Assembly: GCA_965226375.1 (NCBI GenBank)
Contig: CBDDCX010000007.1
Coordinates: 480,001 to 544,000 of the forward strand
Direction of reading: 5' to 3'
Source: Longimicrobiales bacterium
Lineage (GTDB): Bacteria > Gemmatimonadota > Gemmatimonadetes > Longimicrobiales > Gaopeijiaceae
DNA length: 64,000 nucleotides
Position numbers and translations under genes: made by a program. The notes below the pieces were generated by a model, which saw nothing but the letters and a program-made list of their open reading frames with translations, searched no databases and was not told the origin of the DNA. Shown piece after piece: positions 1-8,946 of this stretch (position 1 is its first letter; the number at the start of each line of letters is the position of its first letter).

Positions 1-556
1 CCGAGATGAGTCCGCCGCCCCCGATGGGCACCACCACCGTGGCGACGTCCGGCGCGTCTTCCAGGACTTCCAGTCCCACCGTCCCCTGACCGGCCACGAT
101 CAGCGGGTCGTCGAAGGCGTGGAGGAACGTGAGTCCCCGCGTCTCAGCGACCTCGAGCGCGAGCTCGAAAGCCTCGAAGACGGTTCCCTGGAGGATCACC
201 TCACCTCCATACCCTTCGGTCGCCCGGGCCTTGGTCGGAGAGGCCTTGGCGTTCATGACCACGGTCGAGGAGATTCCCGTGCGGGTGGCGGCCCATGCCA
301 TGGCCTGTGCGTGGTTTCCGGCCGAGATCGTCACCACCCCGCGCTCGCGGGCCTCGTCATCGAGATCCAGGAGGCGGTTCAAAGCACCCCTCACCTTGAA
401 TGAACCCGTCTTCTGCAGATTCTCACACTTCAGGAGCACCTGCTGCCCGATCAGCTCAGAGAGGCTGCGGCTTGAGACCGTGGGCGTGCGGTGCACCGCA
501 CCGGAGATTCTCTCTCGGGCCGTGCGGAGGTCACCGATATTCGGAATTGAGGTCAT
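1..556 (-). CDS. Threonine/serine ammonia-lyase (threonine dehydratase), runs off the window edge
   Basis: Not in the ORF track. Manual minus-strand translation from ATG at 556: MTSIPNIGDLRTARERISGAVHRTP...LLKCENLQKTGSFKVRGALN...HAFDDPLIVAGQGTVGLEV...VVPIGGGGLIS (PLP-lysine motif and Gly loop). Confidence 0.9.
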   Translation of the reverse strand, partial: MTSIPNIGDLRTARERISGAVHRTPTVSSRSLSELIGQQVLLKCENLQKTGSFKVRGALNRLLDLDDEARERGVVTISAGNHAQAMAWAATRTGISSTVVMNAKASPTKARATEGYGGEVILQGTVFEAFELALEVAETRGLTFLHAFDDPLIVAGQGTVGLEVLEDAPDVATVVVPIGGGGLIS

Positions 557-599
557 GATGCGTCGTTAGGGAAAGCTTAAAGTACGGCATAAAACAACG

Positions 600-628
600 T
601 TGCCCACCTATTGTCCCAGCTGTACCTT
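600..628 (+). promoter_or_regulatory. Putative sigma70 promoter
   Basis: TTGCCC-N17-TACCTT in an AT-richer intergenic segment. Confidence 0.45.
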
Positions 629-642
629 GGCCTCGCAACCCG

Positions 643-2019
643 GTGCGGTCTGTCCCTCTCGCTACGCACTCCGAGGTCGACGACAACGTCTTCTCGCCGC
701 GGGCGGCGCTCGTCTTTCATCCTGAGGAGGACCACAGCATCCGCCTGACCTATAACCGGGCCTTCTCAGAGCCCACCACGCTCAACCTGTTCCTAGATAT
801 CGCGGCCGGTGCGGCCCCTGGACTGCTCGGCCCCTCGGGATATCGGTTGCGGGCCCAAGGCACCAACCAGGGTTTCACGTTTTCGAATCCCGACGGAAGC
901 CTCGTCGGAATGCGCTCGCCCTTCAACCCGGCCGCGACCGGAGGCCCGGGACAGCTGTTGCCGGCCGACATCGCTACGCTCTGGCAGCTCGGCGTCGGAG
1001 TCGCCGCCGCGCAAGGCAAGCTCACCCCCACCGAAGCCGCGCTTCTCGCGAGCCTCGACCCCTCCGCTGTCGGGATCAACACGTTTGACGCGACCACCGG
1101 CGTTCTCGCTCCGCTGACCAGCGGCTCGGTGGGTAACATCGAGGAGCTCGAGGTGAGCCCGGCAACGACATTCGAGCTGGGATATCAGGGCCTCATCAAC
1201 AACAAGATTCTCGTTGCAGCCGATGTCTGGTACTCCAAGAAGGTGAACGTTGTCTCGGCGCTCGTGCCCGTCACTCCACTCCTTTTCATCGACGGCGCCT
1301 CCATGGTCGGATTTTTAGTGCCACCTCTGACACAAGCCATCATCGCACAGTCGGGTGGCCTGATCGACCCGACCACTGCACAAGCGTTGGCGTTGGCGAA
1401 AGCCACGGAGCTTGCCGATGGTGGTGACGGGGAGGGTGGCGTCCCGGGCATGGCTGAGGTCCACCTAGGCGTAGTCTCATCGCCCGGAGTCGACGGGAGC
1501 GCTGCCAACCTGCTCGTCACTTACGTGAACGCAGGCGACCTCACGGTGTGGGGCGCGGACTTCGCCGTGAAGGTATTCCTCGACGACAAGTGGACTCTGG
1601 CGGCTACCGGTTCATGGGTAAGTGACGACTACTTCGACCTCACTGAGCTGGACGACGCACTCACTCCCGTGTCCCTGAACGCGCCGGCGCTCAAGGGCAC
1701 CCTCTCCCTGGCGTACCGGAACGCCCGGTCGGGCCTCAACGCCGAAGCCCGGATGAGAGCTACTGCTGGCTTTCCCGCAGAATCGGCGGGTTTCACGGGC
1801 ACGATTTGCGAAACGGGGCCGCGAGGCGGGCTGTTCGATGAGGAGTGCGTGGACGGCTATACCCTGGTAGACCTGACCGCGGGGTACAGGGTCCCGGGGA
1901 GTCGGGCTACACTTCAGCTGACGATCTCCAACATCTTCGATGAACCATACCGGAGCTTTGTAGGTGTGCCAGAAATCGGACGCTTCCTCATGGCTCAGAT
2001 CAAGTACGATCTGTTCTAG
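643..2019 (+). pseudogene. TonB-dependent receptor, C-terminal barrel fragment only (5'-truncated)
   Basis: Begins at barrel motif FSPRAALVF..SIRLTYNRAFSEP and ends NIFDEPYR...GRFLMAQIKYDLF with terminal Phe. No signal peptide or plug domain, and no room for them upstream. Confidence 0.75.
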
Positions 2020-2021
2020 GG

Positions 2022-2474
2022 GTGAAAGCGCACGTAACGCTGCGTTGTCCGTTCTGTCTGACGCTGAACAACGTGGTATTCGACAGGGCGAAGGACCGGC
2101 CGGCGTGTGGGAACTGTGAAAAACCCATGCTCCTGGACCGGCCGGTAAAAGTGACGGCAGAAGACTTCGAGCGCACGATTCTGAGCACGACCGTGCCTGT
2201 CCTCGTCGACTTCTACGCGGACTGGTGTGGGCCGTGTAAGATCGTCGCCCCCATGGTGGACGAGATTGCCGGTGCGCACACGGGCGAACTACTGGTGGCC
2301 AAGGTGGATTCGGATCGGGCTCAGGACATCGTTCAGCGCCTGGGCATTCGGGGCGTTCCCACCCTGATTCTCTTCAAGGGAGGAGAAGAGGTGGCGAGGA
2401 GCGTCGGCTTCGAGCCGGAGAAAATTCGGGACATGGTAGAGCAAGCCGTAGGAACGGTGGCGAGCAGTGAGTAG
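2022..2474 (+). CDS. trxC: Thioredoxin 2 (zinc-finger thioredoxin)
   Basis: N-terminal CPFC...CGNC zinc site plus VDFYADWCGPC. Confidence 0.92.
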   Translation: MKAHVTLRCPFCLTLNNVVFDRAKDRPACGNCEKPMLLDRPVKVTAEDFERTILSTTVPVLVDFYADWCGPCKIVAPMVDEIAGAHTGELLVAKVDSDRAQDIVQRLGIRGVPTLILFKGGEEVARSVGFEPEKIRDMVEQAVGTVASSE

Positions 2475-2928
2475 CAAACAGGAGCGCCAGGCCGTCATCC
2501 TGGACCTGGTCAAGTCCAACAGGGTGACCAGCCATGAGGCACTGCGGGAGCTTCTTGGAGAGAAGGGCATTCAGGTTACACAGGCCACGCTTTCCCGAGA
2601 CATTCGCGAGCTCCGCCTGGTCAAGGTCAGGGGTGCCCAGGGGGTGTCGCACTACCGGCTCCCGGAGGCGTGGGAGAACAAGCCTCCACTTGGCTCACTC
2701 TTGCCCATCCTCTTTCTCTCCGCAGAGGGAGCCGAGAATCTGATCGTCATCCGAACCTTGATGTCGGGTGCGGCGGCCCTGGCGACGGCGATCGACTGGG
2801 AAGACTGGCCCGAAGTGGTGGGCACGGTGGCCGGCGAGGACACCATCATCGTGGTCCTCCGAGACCGGAAACATATGCCTACTATTCGCGATCGACTGAT
2901 AGAAATCGCGGGTGGCGATCCAGGTTGA
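2467..2928 (+). CDS. argR: Arginine repressor
   Basis: VTQATLSRDIREL HTH and GTVAGEDT arginine-binding motif; lies upstream of argGH. Confidence 0.95.
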   Translation: MSSKQERQAVILDLVKSNRVTSHEALRELLGEKGIQVTQATLSRDIRELRLVKVRGAQGVSHYRLPEAWENKPPLGSLLPILFLSAEGAENLIVIRTLMSGAAALATAIDWEDWPEVVGTVAGEDTIIVVLRDRKHMPTIRDRLIEIAGGDPG

Positions 2929-2944
2929 GGCACCGCTGCCGACG

Positions 2945-3055
2945 CATAAAACCTTGATAAATCTTAAATTTATATTAAGTTCATGAGGCTTGACATCTTC
3001 TCGGTTCTTCCCCATTATGCGAACATAAATATTCGACTTGTTCGGATATTTGTGA
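2945..3055 (+). promoter_or_regulatory. argG promoter region with putative ARG-box-like AT-rich sites
   Basis: TTGACA(2990-2995)-N17-CATTAT(3013-3018). Flanking AT-rich stretches (TTGATAAATCTTAA, AACATAAATATTCG) loosely resemble ArgR operators; adjacent to argR. Confidence 0.6.
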
Positions 3056-3176
3056 GAATTGCCGGGTACGGGAGTGGTGTCAAGACGGTTCGCCGTCACC
3101 AGCGCTTTGGCGGGAAGAGCTGGTTCTGCTCCCGGCCCGCATTTTTTTGTCTTGTTGCGACGAAGGAGGCGACTCA

Positions 3177-4442
3177 GTGGCTCTCAAAGTCGTCCTAGGA
3201 TACTCGGGAGGGTTGGACACCTCCGTAATCGTGCCGTGGCTCCGCGAGAACTACGACGCCGAGGTGATCTGTGTAGCGGCCGATGTCGGCCAGCAGGGCG
3301 GTCTCCATGGATTGTCGGAGAAGGCCAAGGCTACCGGTGCTTCTGAGTTCTACGGTGAGGACCTCCGACAGGCCTTTGTCGAGGACTTCGTTTGGCCCAC
3401 GCTCCGGTCGGGAGCGGTCTACGGCCGCAAGTACCTGCTCGGGACGTCCACGGCGCGGCCGATCATCGGTCGTCGCATGGTCGAAATTGCTCGTGAGGTC
3501 GGGGCGAACGCCCTTGCTCACGGGTGCACCGGGAAGGGCAACGACCAAGTCCGTTTCGAGCTCACCTTTACGGCGCTCGCGCCCGACTTGAGGGTAATCG
3601 CCCCGTGGCGCGAGTGGGATATCCATTCCCGCGAAGAGGCTTTCGAGTACGCCCGGGTCCGCCAGATACCCATGGACGGGGTCGATGAGGGTAAGCTCTT
3701 CTCTCGGGACGAGAACCTCTGGCACATTTCCCACGAGGGTGGCCCCCTCGAGGATCCGGCCTACGAGCCTGACGAGTCCATCTATCTCTGGACACTGTCT
3801 CCAGCACTCGCACCGAACACGCCGGAATACGTTGAACTCGCGTTCGAAGAAGGGTTGCCGGTCTCGGTCAACGGCGAGGTTCTGGATTCGGTGAGCCTTC
3901 TCGAGTCGCTCAACCAGATCGGTGCCCGACATGGGGTTGGACGAATCGACCTCGTTGAAGACCGGCTGGTGGGGATGAAGTCCAGAGGCATCTACGAGAC
4001 ACCTGGGGGTACGCTGCTCTACACGGCCCTTCAGGAACTCGAGCAACTCACCTTGGATCGGCGCGCGCTGGCTTACAAGGATCAACTGGCCGCGCGTTAC
4101 GCCGATCTCGTGTACGAGGGTTGGTGGTGGACGCCCGAGCGTGAAGCGATCGATGCGTTCATGAATGTCCTTATGAAGCGGGTGACTGGTGTGGTTCGGC
4201 TCAAGCTCTTCAAGGGCTCTGCGGGTGTGGCCTCACGCTGGAGCCCGATGTCGCTCTACGATGCCGGACTCGCGTCCTTCGGCGAGGACGACACGTACGA
4301 CCACGCCGACGCCGGCGGGTTCATCAAGCTCTTTGGACTTCCTGCCCGAGTTGCGGCAGAGCGCGACGCGGGACTACGTGAGTCCGAGGCGGCCGTCAAC
4401 GAGATTCTCAAGTCGGTGGCACCGCAAACCCCGGTGGGGTGA
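3177..4442 (+). CDS. argG: Argininosuccinate synthase
   Basis: LGYSGGLDTS, HGCTGKGNDQVRFE, GMKSRGIYETPGG. GTG start at 3177 after AAGGAGG. Confidence 0.97.
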   Translation: MALKVVLGYSGGLDTSVIVPWLRENYDAEVICVAADVGQQGGLHGLSEKAKATGASEFYGEDLRQAFVEDFVWPTLRSGAVYGRKYLLGTSTARPIIGRRMVEIAREVGANALAHGCTGKGNDQVRFELTFTALAPDLRVIAPWREWDIHSREEAFEYARVRQIPMDGVDEGKLFSRDENLWHISHEGGPLEDPAYEPDESIYLWTLSPALAPNTPEYVELAFEEGLPVSVNGEVLDSVSLLESLNQIGARHGVGRIDLVEDRLVGMKSRGIYETPGGTLLYTALQELEQLTLDRRALAYKDQLAARYADLVYEGWWWTPEREAIDAFMNVLMKRVTGVVRLKLFKGSAGVASRWSPMSLYDAGLASFGEDDTYDHADAGGFIKLFGLPARVAAERDAGLRESEAAVNEILKSVAPQTPVG

Positions 4443-4524
4443 TTGCCAAGGGACCGTCGAAACCTACGGATGTGGGGCCGCGACAAGTATTTTGTCGCGG
4501 CCCCTCCGTGCCTCTACCAGGCCC

Positions 4525-5931
4525 ATGACCGCTGACGCCAAGCCTCCTGCACCCCCGGACGCTCCGCTCTGGAGCGGACGGATCGAGGGGACCATGTCCC
4601 CCGAGATGGTTCCGCTCAACCGCAGCCTGGATGTCGATATCCGTTTGTGGCCCCAGGATATTCGGGGAAGCTGTGCCTGGACCCGGGCCCTGGTGCGCGC
4701 GCGGGTGCTCACCGACGGAGAAGGAGACCTTTTGATCGGGGGCCTGGGCCGGGTGGCTGACCGGCTCGCGAGCCGCGATCACTCGGCGGAGCACGATGAG
4801 GACATTCACTCACTCGTGGAGCGCCTCCTGCACGAAGAGGTGGGGGATGTGGCCGGTAAGCTCCATACTGGCCGATCCCGCAACGATCAGGTCGCGACCG
4901 ACTTCAGACTCTGGGGCATGGAGGCTGCAAAGACTCTCCAAGTGGGACTCCGTGGTATCCAGAGCGCGTTGCTGGATTGGGCCCGAGACTCTCTGGACAT
5001 CATTCTCCCGGGGTACACGCATCTGCAGCAGGGCCAACCGGTCCGGGCGGCTCACTGGGCGCTCTCTCACTTCTGGCCTCTCGAGCGAGACGCGGAGTTG
5101 GTCGGTTCAGCGGGGGCACAGGCTGGGGTACTCCCCCTAGGCTCGGGTGCCATCGCAGGATGTCCGTTCCCGATCGACCGAAACCTCATCCGCGAAGAGC
5201 TGGGATTCGATCGTGTTTCGGAGAACAGCATCGACGCCGTGAGCGATCGCGACTGGGCCTTGGAACTCTCCTTCGCCGGTGCTCGCATCGGGATCCACCT
5301 GTCGCGTTTGGCAGAGGACCTGGTGCTGTTCGGATCCAAGGAGTTCGGGTTCGTGCGTCTGTCCGATGGGTTCAGCACGGGGTCCAGCCTCATGCCCCAG
5401 AAGAGGAACCCGGACGTGGCCGAGCTCGTCCGCGGCAAGGCGGGTCGCCTGGTCGGGAATCTGGTGTCGCTTCTCACGGTCCTGAAGGGATTGCCCACCG
5501 GGTACAACCGAGACCTGCAGGAGGACAAGGAGACGCTTTTCGATTCCGTGGACACACTGGCTGTGGTTCTTCCGGCCATGGCAGGAGCGGTGAGCTCGGC
5601 ACAGTTCCAACCCCAGCGCATCGAAGCGTCGTTGGATACGCAGCTTCTCGCCACCGACCTTGCGGATTACCTGGTCAGAACCGGAGTGCCGTTCAGGAAG
5701 GCCCACGAGGTGATCGCTACCGTGGTGCGTGTCGCGGAAGAGAGGGGCGTGGCGGTGGACAGCCTCGAGCTCGACGACTTCAAGGCCGCACATCCGTCGT
5801 TCGAAGCCGACGTTCTGGACGTCTTTTCCTGGGATCGCTCCGTCGAGGCCCGCACCGCATCAGGCGGCACTGCGCGAGCTGCGGTGCAGGCTCAGATGGA
5901 AATGGCGGCCGGTAAGCTCGAGGTGAGCTAG
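4525..5931 (+). CDS. argH: Argininosuccinate lyase
   Basis: LHTGRSRNDQ, GYTHLQ, STGSSLMPQKRNPD. Start moved to ATG 4525. Confidence 0.97.
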   Translation: MTADAKPPAPPDAPLWSGRIEGTMSPEMVPLNRSLDVDIRLWPQDIRGSCAWTRALVRARVLTDGEGDLLIGGLGRVADRLASRDHSAEHDEDIHSLVERLLHEEVGDVAGKLHTGRSRNDQVATDFRLWGMEAAKTLQVGLRGIQSALLDWARDSLDIILPGYTHLQQGQPVRAAHWALSHFWPLERDAELVGSAGAQAGVLPLGSGAIAGCPFPIDRNLIREELGFDRVSENSIDAVSDRDWALELSFAGARIGIHLSRLAEDLVLFGSKEFGFVRLSDGFSTGSSLMPQKRNPDVAELVRGKAGRLVGNLVSLLTVLKGLPTGYNRDLQEDKETLFDSVDTLAVVLPAMAGAVSSAQFQPQRIEASLDTQLLATDLADYLVRTGVPFRKAHEVIATVVRVAEERGVAVDSLELDDFKAAHPSFEADVLDVFSWDRSVEARTASGGTARAAVQAQMEMAAGKLEVS

Positions 5932-5945
5932 CCTTCCAAGCCTTC

Positions 5946-6971
5946 TCACGACATCCGTGCGAACGTTCTTCCAACCGCGGTCACGATCGGTGCAAGGTCC
6001 TCCATCAGAGAGTCGAACTCCTCCAGGGTGAGGGACTGCTCTCCGTCTGAGACAGCCATCTCCGGATCCGGATGGACCTCGATAATGAGCCCGTCGGCTC
6101 CGGCGGCGATGGCCGCCTTCGACAGCGGTGCGACCAGATCCCGCTTGCCCCCCGCGTGGCTCGGATCGGCAATCACGGGAAGGTGCGTCTCCTTCTTGAG
6201 AACCGGTATTGCGGCCAGATCGAAGGTGTTTCGTGTCGCGTCCTCGAACGTTCGGATGCCACGCTCGCAGAGGATGACGTTCGTGTTGCCCTGCTTCATG
6301 ATGTACTCGGCAGCCAGGAGCAGATCCTTGATCCTGGCCGACAGACCTCTCTTGAGCAGGATGGGACGGTGGAGCCGTCCTACCTCGGTGAGCAAGGAGA
6401 AGTTCTGCATGTTGCGGGCCCCGATCTGGAGCACGTCGGCGTACTCGGCCACCAACTCGACCTGCCGAGTATCCATGACCTCCGTGACCACGGGAAGCCC
6501 TGTGGCGGTTCGCACCTCGGCCAGAATCTTGAGTCCTTCCTCACCGAGGCCGTCGAAAGAGTACGGTGAGCTTCGCGGCTTGAACGCTCCACCCCTGAGT
6601 GCCACGGCCCCGGCCGCTTTCACACGGGTAGCCGTCTCGGAGAGCATGTCCATACCCTCTACGGAGCATGGTCCCGCAATGACCGTGAGTGCGTCGCCTC
6701 CGATGGCGTGATCTCCCAGGGGGACTTGTGTAGGCGCCACGCTGAACTGACGGCTGGCCAGCTTGTAGGGCTTCATGACGTTGTGGACCGCCTCGACGCC
6801 CGCGATGGAGAGAAGGGCCTCGTGTTCCAGACCCCCTCGATCTCCGATGCATCCGATCACGGTCCGGACTTCTCCCCGTATCAGATGTGTGCGGAGCCCC
6901 AGGGCCTCCACTCGTTCGCGTATGTGGTCGAGCTCGTCCTCTGTCACGCCATGGCGCGTGATGATGATCAT
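5946..6971 (-). CDS. aroF: 3-deoxy-7-phosphoheptulonate (DAHP) synthase, class I-beta with N-terminal ACT-like domain
   Basis: [43 protein letters not shown]...SDG. Confidence 0.95.
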   Translation of the reverse strand: MIIITRHGVTEDELDHIRERVEALGLRTHLIRGEVRTVIGCIGDRGGLEHEALLSIAGVEAVHNVMKPYKLASRQFSVAPTQVPLGDHAIGGDALTVIAGPCSVEGMDMLSETATRVKAAGAVALRGGAFKPRSSPYSFDGLGEEGLKILAEVRTATGLPVVTEVMDTRQVELVAEYADVLQIGARNMQNFSLLTEVGRLHRPILLKRGLSARIKDLLLAAEYIMKQGNTNVILCERGIRTFEDATRNTFDLAAIPVLKKETHLPVIADPSHAGGKRDLVAPLSKAAIAAGADGLIIEVHPDPEMAVSDGEQSLTLEEFDSLMEDLAPIVTAVGRTFARMS

Positions 6972-7004
6972 GGGTTTTCTCTCGTGTCCTAGGCGTTACC
7001 CAAC

Positions 7005-7034
7005 AAAAAAGGCCCCCGACGGAGTCGGGAGCCT
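7005..7034 (-). terminator. Intrinsic terminator of the aroF attenuator
   Basis: Minus strand AGGCTCCCGAC-TCC-GTCGGGGGCCT-TTTTT, between the leader peptide and aroF. Confidence 0.85.
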
Positions 7035-7068
7035 GGGAAAAGAGCGCGTTTCGTTCAGCGCGCGCTCT

Positions 7069-7137
7069 TCAGCCGCCGGCTCCCTCGGGGGGCCGATAAA
7101 AAAAATAAAAGACCTGGACTGCGCGCTGACGATTCAT
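7069..7137 (-). CDS. Phe/Tyr-rich attenuator leader peptide MNRQRAVQVFYFFYRPPEGAGG
   Basis: ATG...GTC TTT TAT TTT TTT TAT CGG...TGA: five consecutive Phe/Tyr codons immediately upstream of the terminator and the DAHP synthase. Confidence 0.85.
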   Translation of the reverse strand: MNRQRAVQVFYFFYRPPEGAGG

Positions 7138-7143
7138 GGGCGT

Positions 7144-7172
7144 AAGGTGCCCAGGTGCCCCAGTGGAGTCAA
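7144..7172 (-). promoter_or_regulatory. Putative sigma70 promoter of the leader-aroF unit
   Basis: TTGACT-N17-CACCTT-N6-ATG of the leader peptide. Confidence 0.6.
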
Positions 7173-7265
7173 GGAGCGGGCTGGTCTCGACCCTGTGCGA
7201 CCGATAGATTTCGCCACGAAAATGGACCCTCGAATCCCTGTTTTGCGACCCTTGGAGGAACTTCC

Positions 7266-8204
7266 ATGTCCACTGCCGCCGCGGCTCCCGATACCTCGGT
7301 GAGCGGTACCGTAGGCCGCCCCGTTCTGGATGACCTCGACCTGCCGCTCGGCAAACGTGTGCGCCTGCGTCGACTCCTCTATGGTCGAGGCCTCAAGAAC
7401 GGGACGCTCCTCATCCTGCCGATCGATCAGGGCCTGGAGCACGGACCCATCGATTTCTTCCCCAACCCTCCGTCTCAGGATCCGGATTTTCAGTGGCGTC
7501 TTGCCTTGGAGGGGAACTACAACGCGGTGGCGTGCCACTACGGCTTGGCTCGCAAGTACATGTCGAAGTATGCCGGTGAGGTGCCCCTCCTCCTCAAGAT
7601 CAACGGCAAGACGACCATTCCGCCGGACGGCGATGCACTGTCTACGATGACGGGCAGCGTCGAAGACGCGGTGGCGTTGGGGGCGGATGCAGTGGGGTAC
7701 ACACTCTACGTGGGGTCTCCTCGGCAAGACGAAGACATTCAGCAGTTCCAGATGGTCCGGGAAGACTGCGGCAAGTACAACATGCCGCTCGTGGTGTGGT
7801 CCTATCCCCGCGGATCGGCCATCGAAGGGAAGGGCGGTCGCGACAGCCTGTATGCGGTGGATTACGCAGCGCGGGTGGCCCTCGAGCTCGGGGCGGACAT
7901 CGTCAAGCTGAACATCCCCAAGCCCGGCCCGAAGGACGGGGAGCAGCCCAAGGACTATGCGGACATCGATTACGACTACGGCGAAGCGGCCAAGCGAGTG
8001 GTCGAGTCCGCCGGCCGCGTCTTGGTGCTCTTCTCCGGTGGCAGCAAGCTCGGTGACGAAGACCTGATGCACAAAGCGCGAACGGCCATGGAGTCGGGAG
8101 CCACGGGCTTGATCTTTGGACGCAACATGTGGCAGCGGCCCTTCGACGAGGCCTTGGCCACCACGGAGCGGGTTCACGAGATGATGAAGGAATTCGGGGC
8201 CTGA
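7266..8204 (+). CDS. Class I fructose-bisphosphate aldolase (DhnA/FbaB family)
   Basis: LPIDQGLEHGP, LGADAVGYTLYVGS, ELGADIVKL (Schiff-base Lys), GLIFGRNMWQ. GGAGG before ATG 7266. Confidence 0.9.
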   Translation: MSTAAAAPDTSVSGTVGRPVLDDLDLPLGKRVRLRRLLYGRGLKNGTLLILPIDQGLEHGPIDFFPNPPSQDPDFQWRLALEGNYNAVACHYGLARKYMSKYAGEVPLLLKINGKTTIPPDGDALSTMTGSVEDAVALGADAVGYTLYVGSPRQDEDIQQFQMVREDCGKYNMPLVVWSYPRGSAIEGKGGRDSLYAVDYAARVALELGADIVKLNIPKPGPKDGEQPKDYADIDYDYGEAAKRVVESAGRVLVLFSGGSKLGDEDLMHKARTAMESGATGLIFGRNMWQRPFDEALATTERVHEMMKEFGA

Positions 8205-8238
8205 GGCCGGCATCCCCCCGCTTGCTCAGGGGTCGAGC

Positions 8239-8946
8239 GTGACCGACGCCGAGACTCTGAAGCGAGCCGCCGGGCTCGAGGCGGCGGGACTCGTCGAGGC
8301 CGGTATGCGGATCGGTCTGGGTACGGGTTCGACCGTAGCCCACTTCCTTCTCTTTTTGGCCGAACGCATAAACCGAGGGGGACTGCGCAACGTGTTGGGC
8401 GTGCCTACATCTCTCTGGACGGCTCGCGAAGCCAGAGAGTTGGGAATTCCCCTGACGTCGTTGGCCGAGCACCCCTTCCTGGACCTGACCATCGACGGGG
8501 CGGACGAGGTGGACCCGAGCATGAACCTGATCAAGGGGCTCGGCAGTGCTCTCCTACGGGAAAAAATGGTTGCCCAGGCTTCTTCTCGGCTCGCTATCAT
8601 CGTGGACGATGCCAAGGTCGTGGACCGGCTGGGCCAGATATCGCCGGTGCCGGTAGAGGTGGTCCAGTTCGGCTGGGAGGTGCATGACCATTTCCTCGAG
8701 TCGCAGGGCGCGCGACCGGTCATTCGCAGGCGCACGGACGGGCAACCTCTCACCACGGACAACGGGAACTACATCATCGACTGTCACTTCCCTGACGGCA
8801 TCGACGATCCTGAGTCTCTGGACGCCGCCCTGGCATCCAGGGCGGGCATCGTCGAGTCCGGACTCTTTCTGGGCATGGCTACCGAAGTGATCGTGGGTGC
8901 GCAGGACGGTGTGCAGCATTCCTACGCGAAGCAGGAATCGTCATGA
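8239..8946 (+). CDS. rpiA: Ribose-5-phosphate isomerase A
   Basis: GLGTGST, DGADEVD, IKGLG.ALLREK, TDNGN. Confidence 0.96.
   Translation: MTDAETLKRAAGLEAAGLVEAGMRIGLGTGSTVAHFLLFLAERINRGGLRNVLGVPTSLWTAREARELGIPLTSLAEHPFLDLTIDGADEVDPSMNLIKGLGSALLREKMVAQASSRLAIIVDDAKVVDRLGQISPVPVEVVQFGWEVHDHFLESQGARPVIRRRTDGQPLTTDNGNYIIDCHFPDGIDDPESLDAALASRAGIVESGLFLGMATEVIVGAQDGVQHSYAKQESS

Noticed and set aside
3152..3175. Out-of-frame RRRRR run (CGA CGA AGG AGG CGA) over the argG RBS as an Arg-sensing leader
   Set aside because: Two of the codons are simply the AGGAGG SD. The ORF has no good start or nearby stop, and stalling here would block argG during Arg starvation, the wrong direction.
4189..4524. N-terminal extension of ArgH overlapping argG
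   Set aside because: Open-frame artifact of high GC. Recognisable ArgH sequence begins after ATG 4525.
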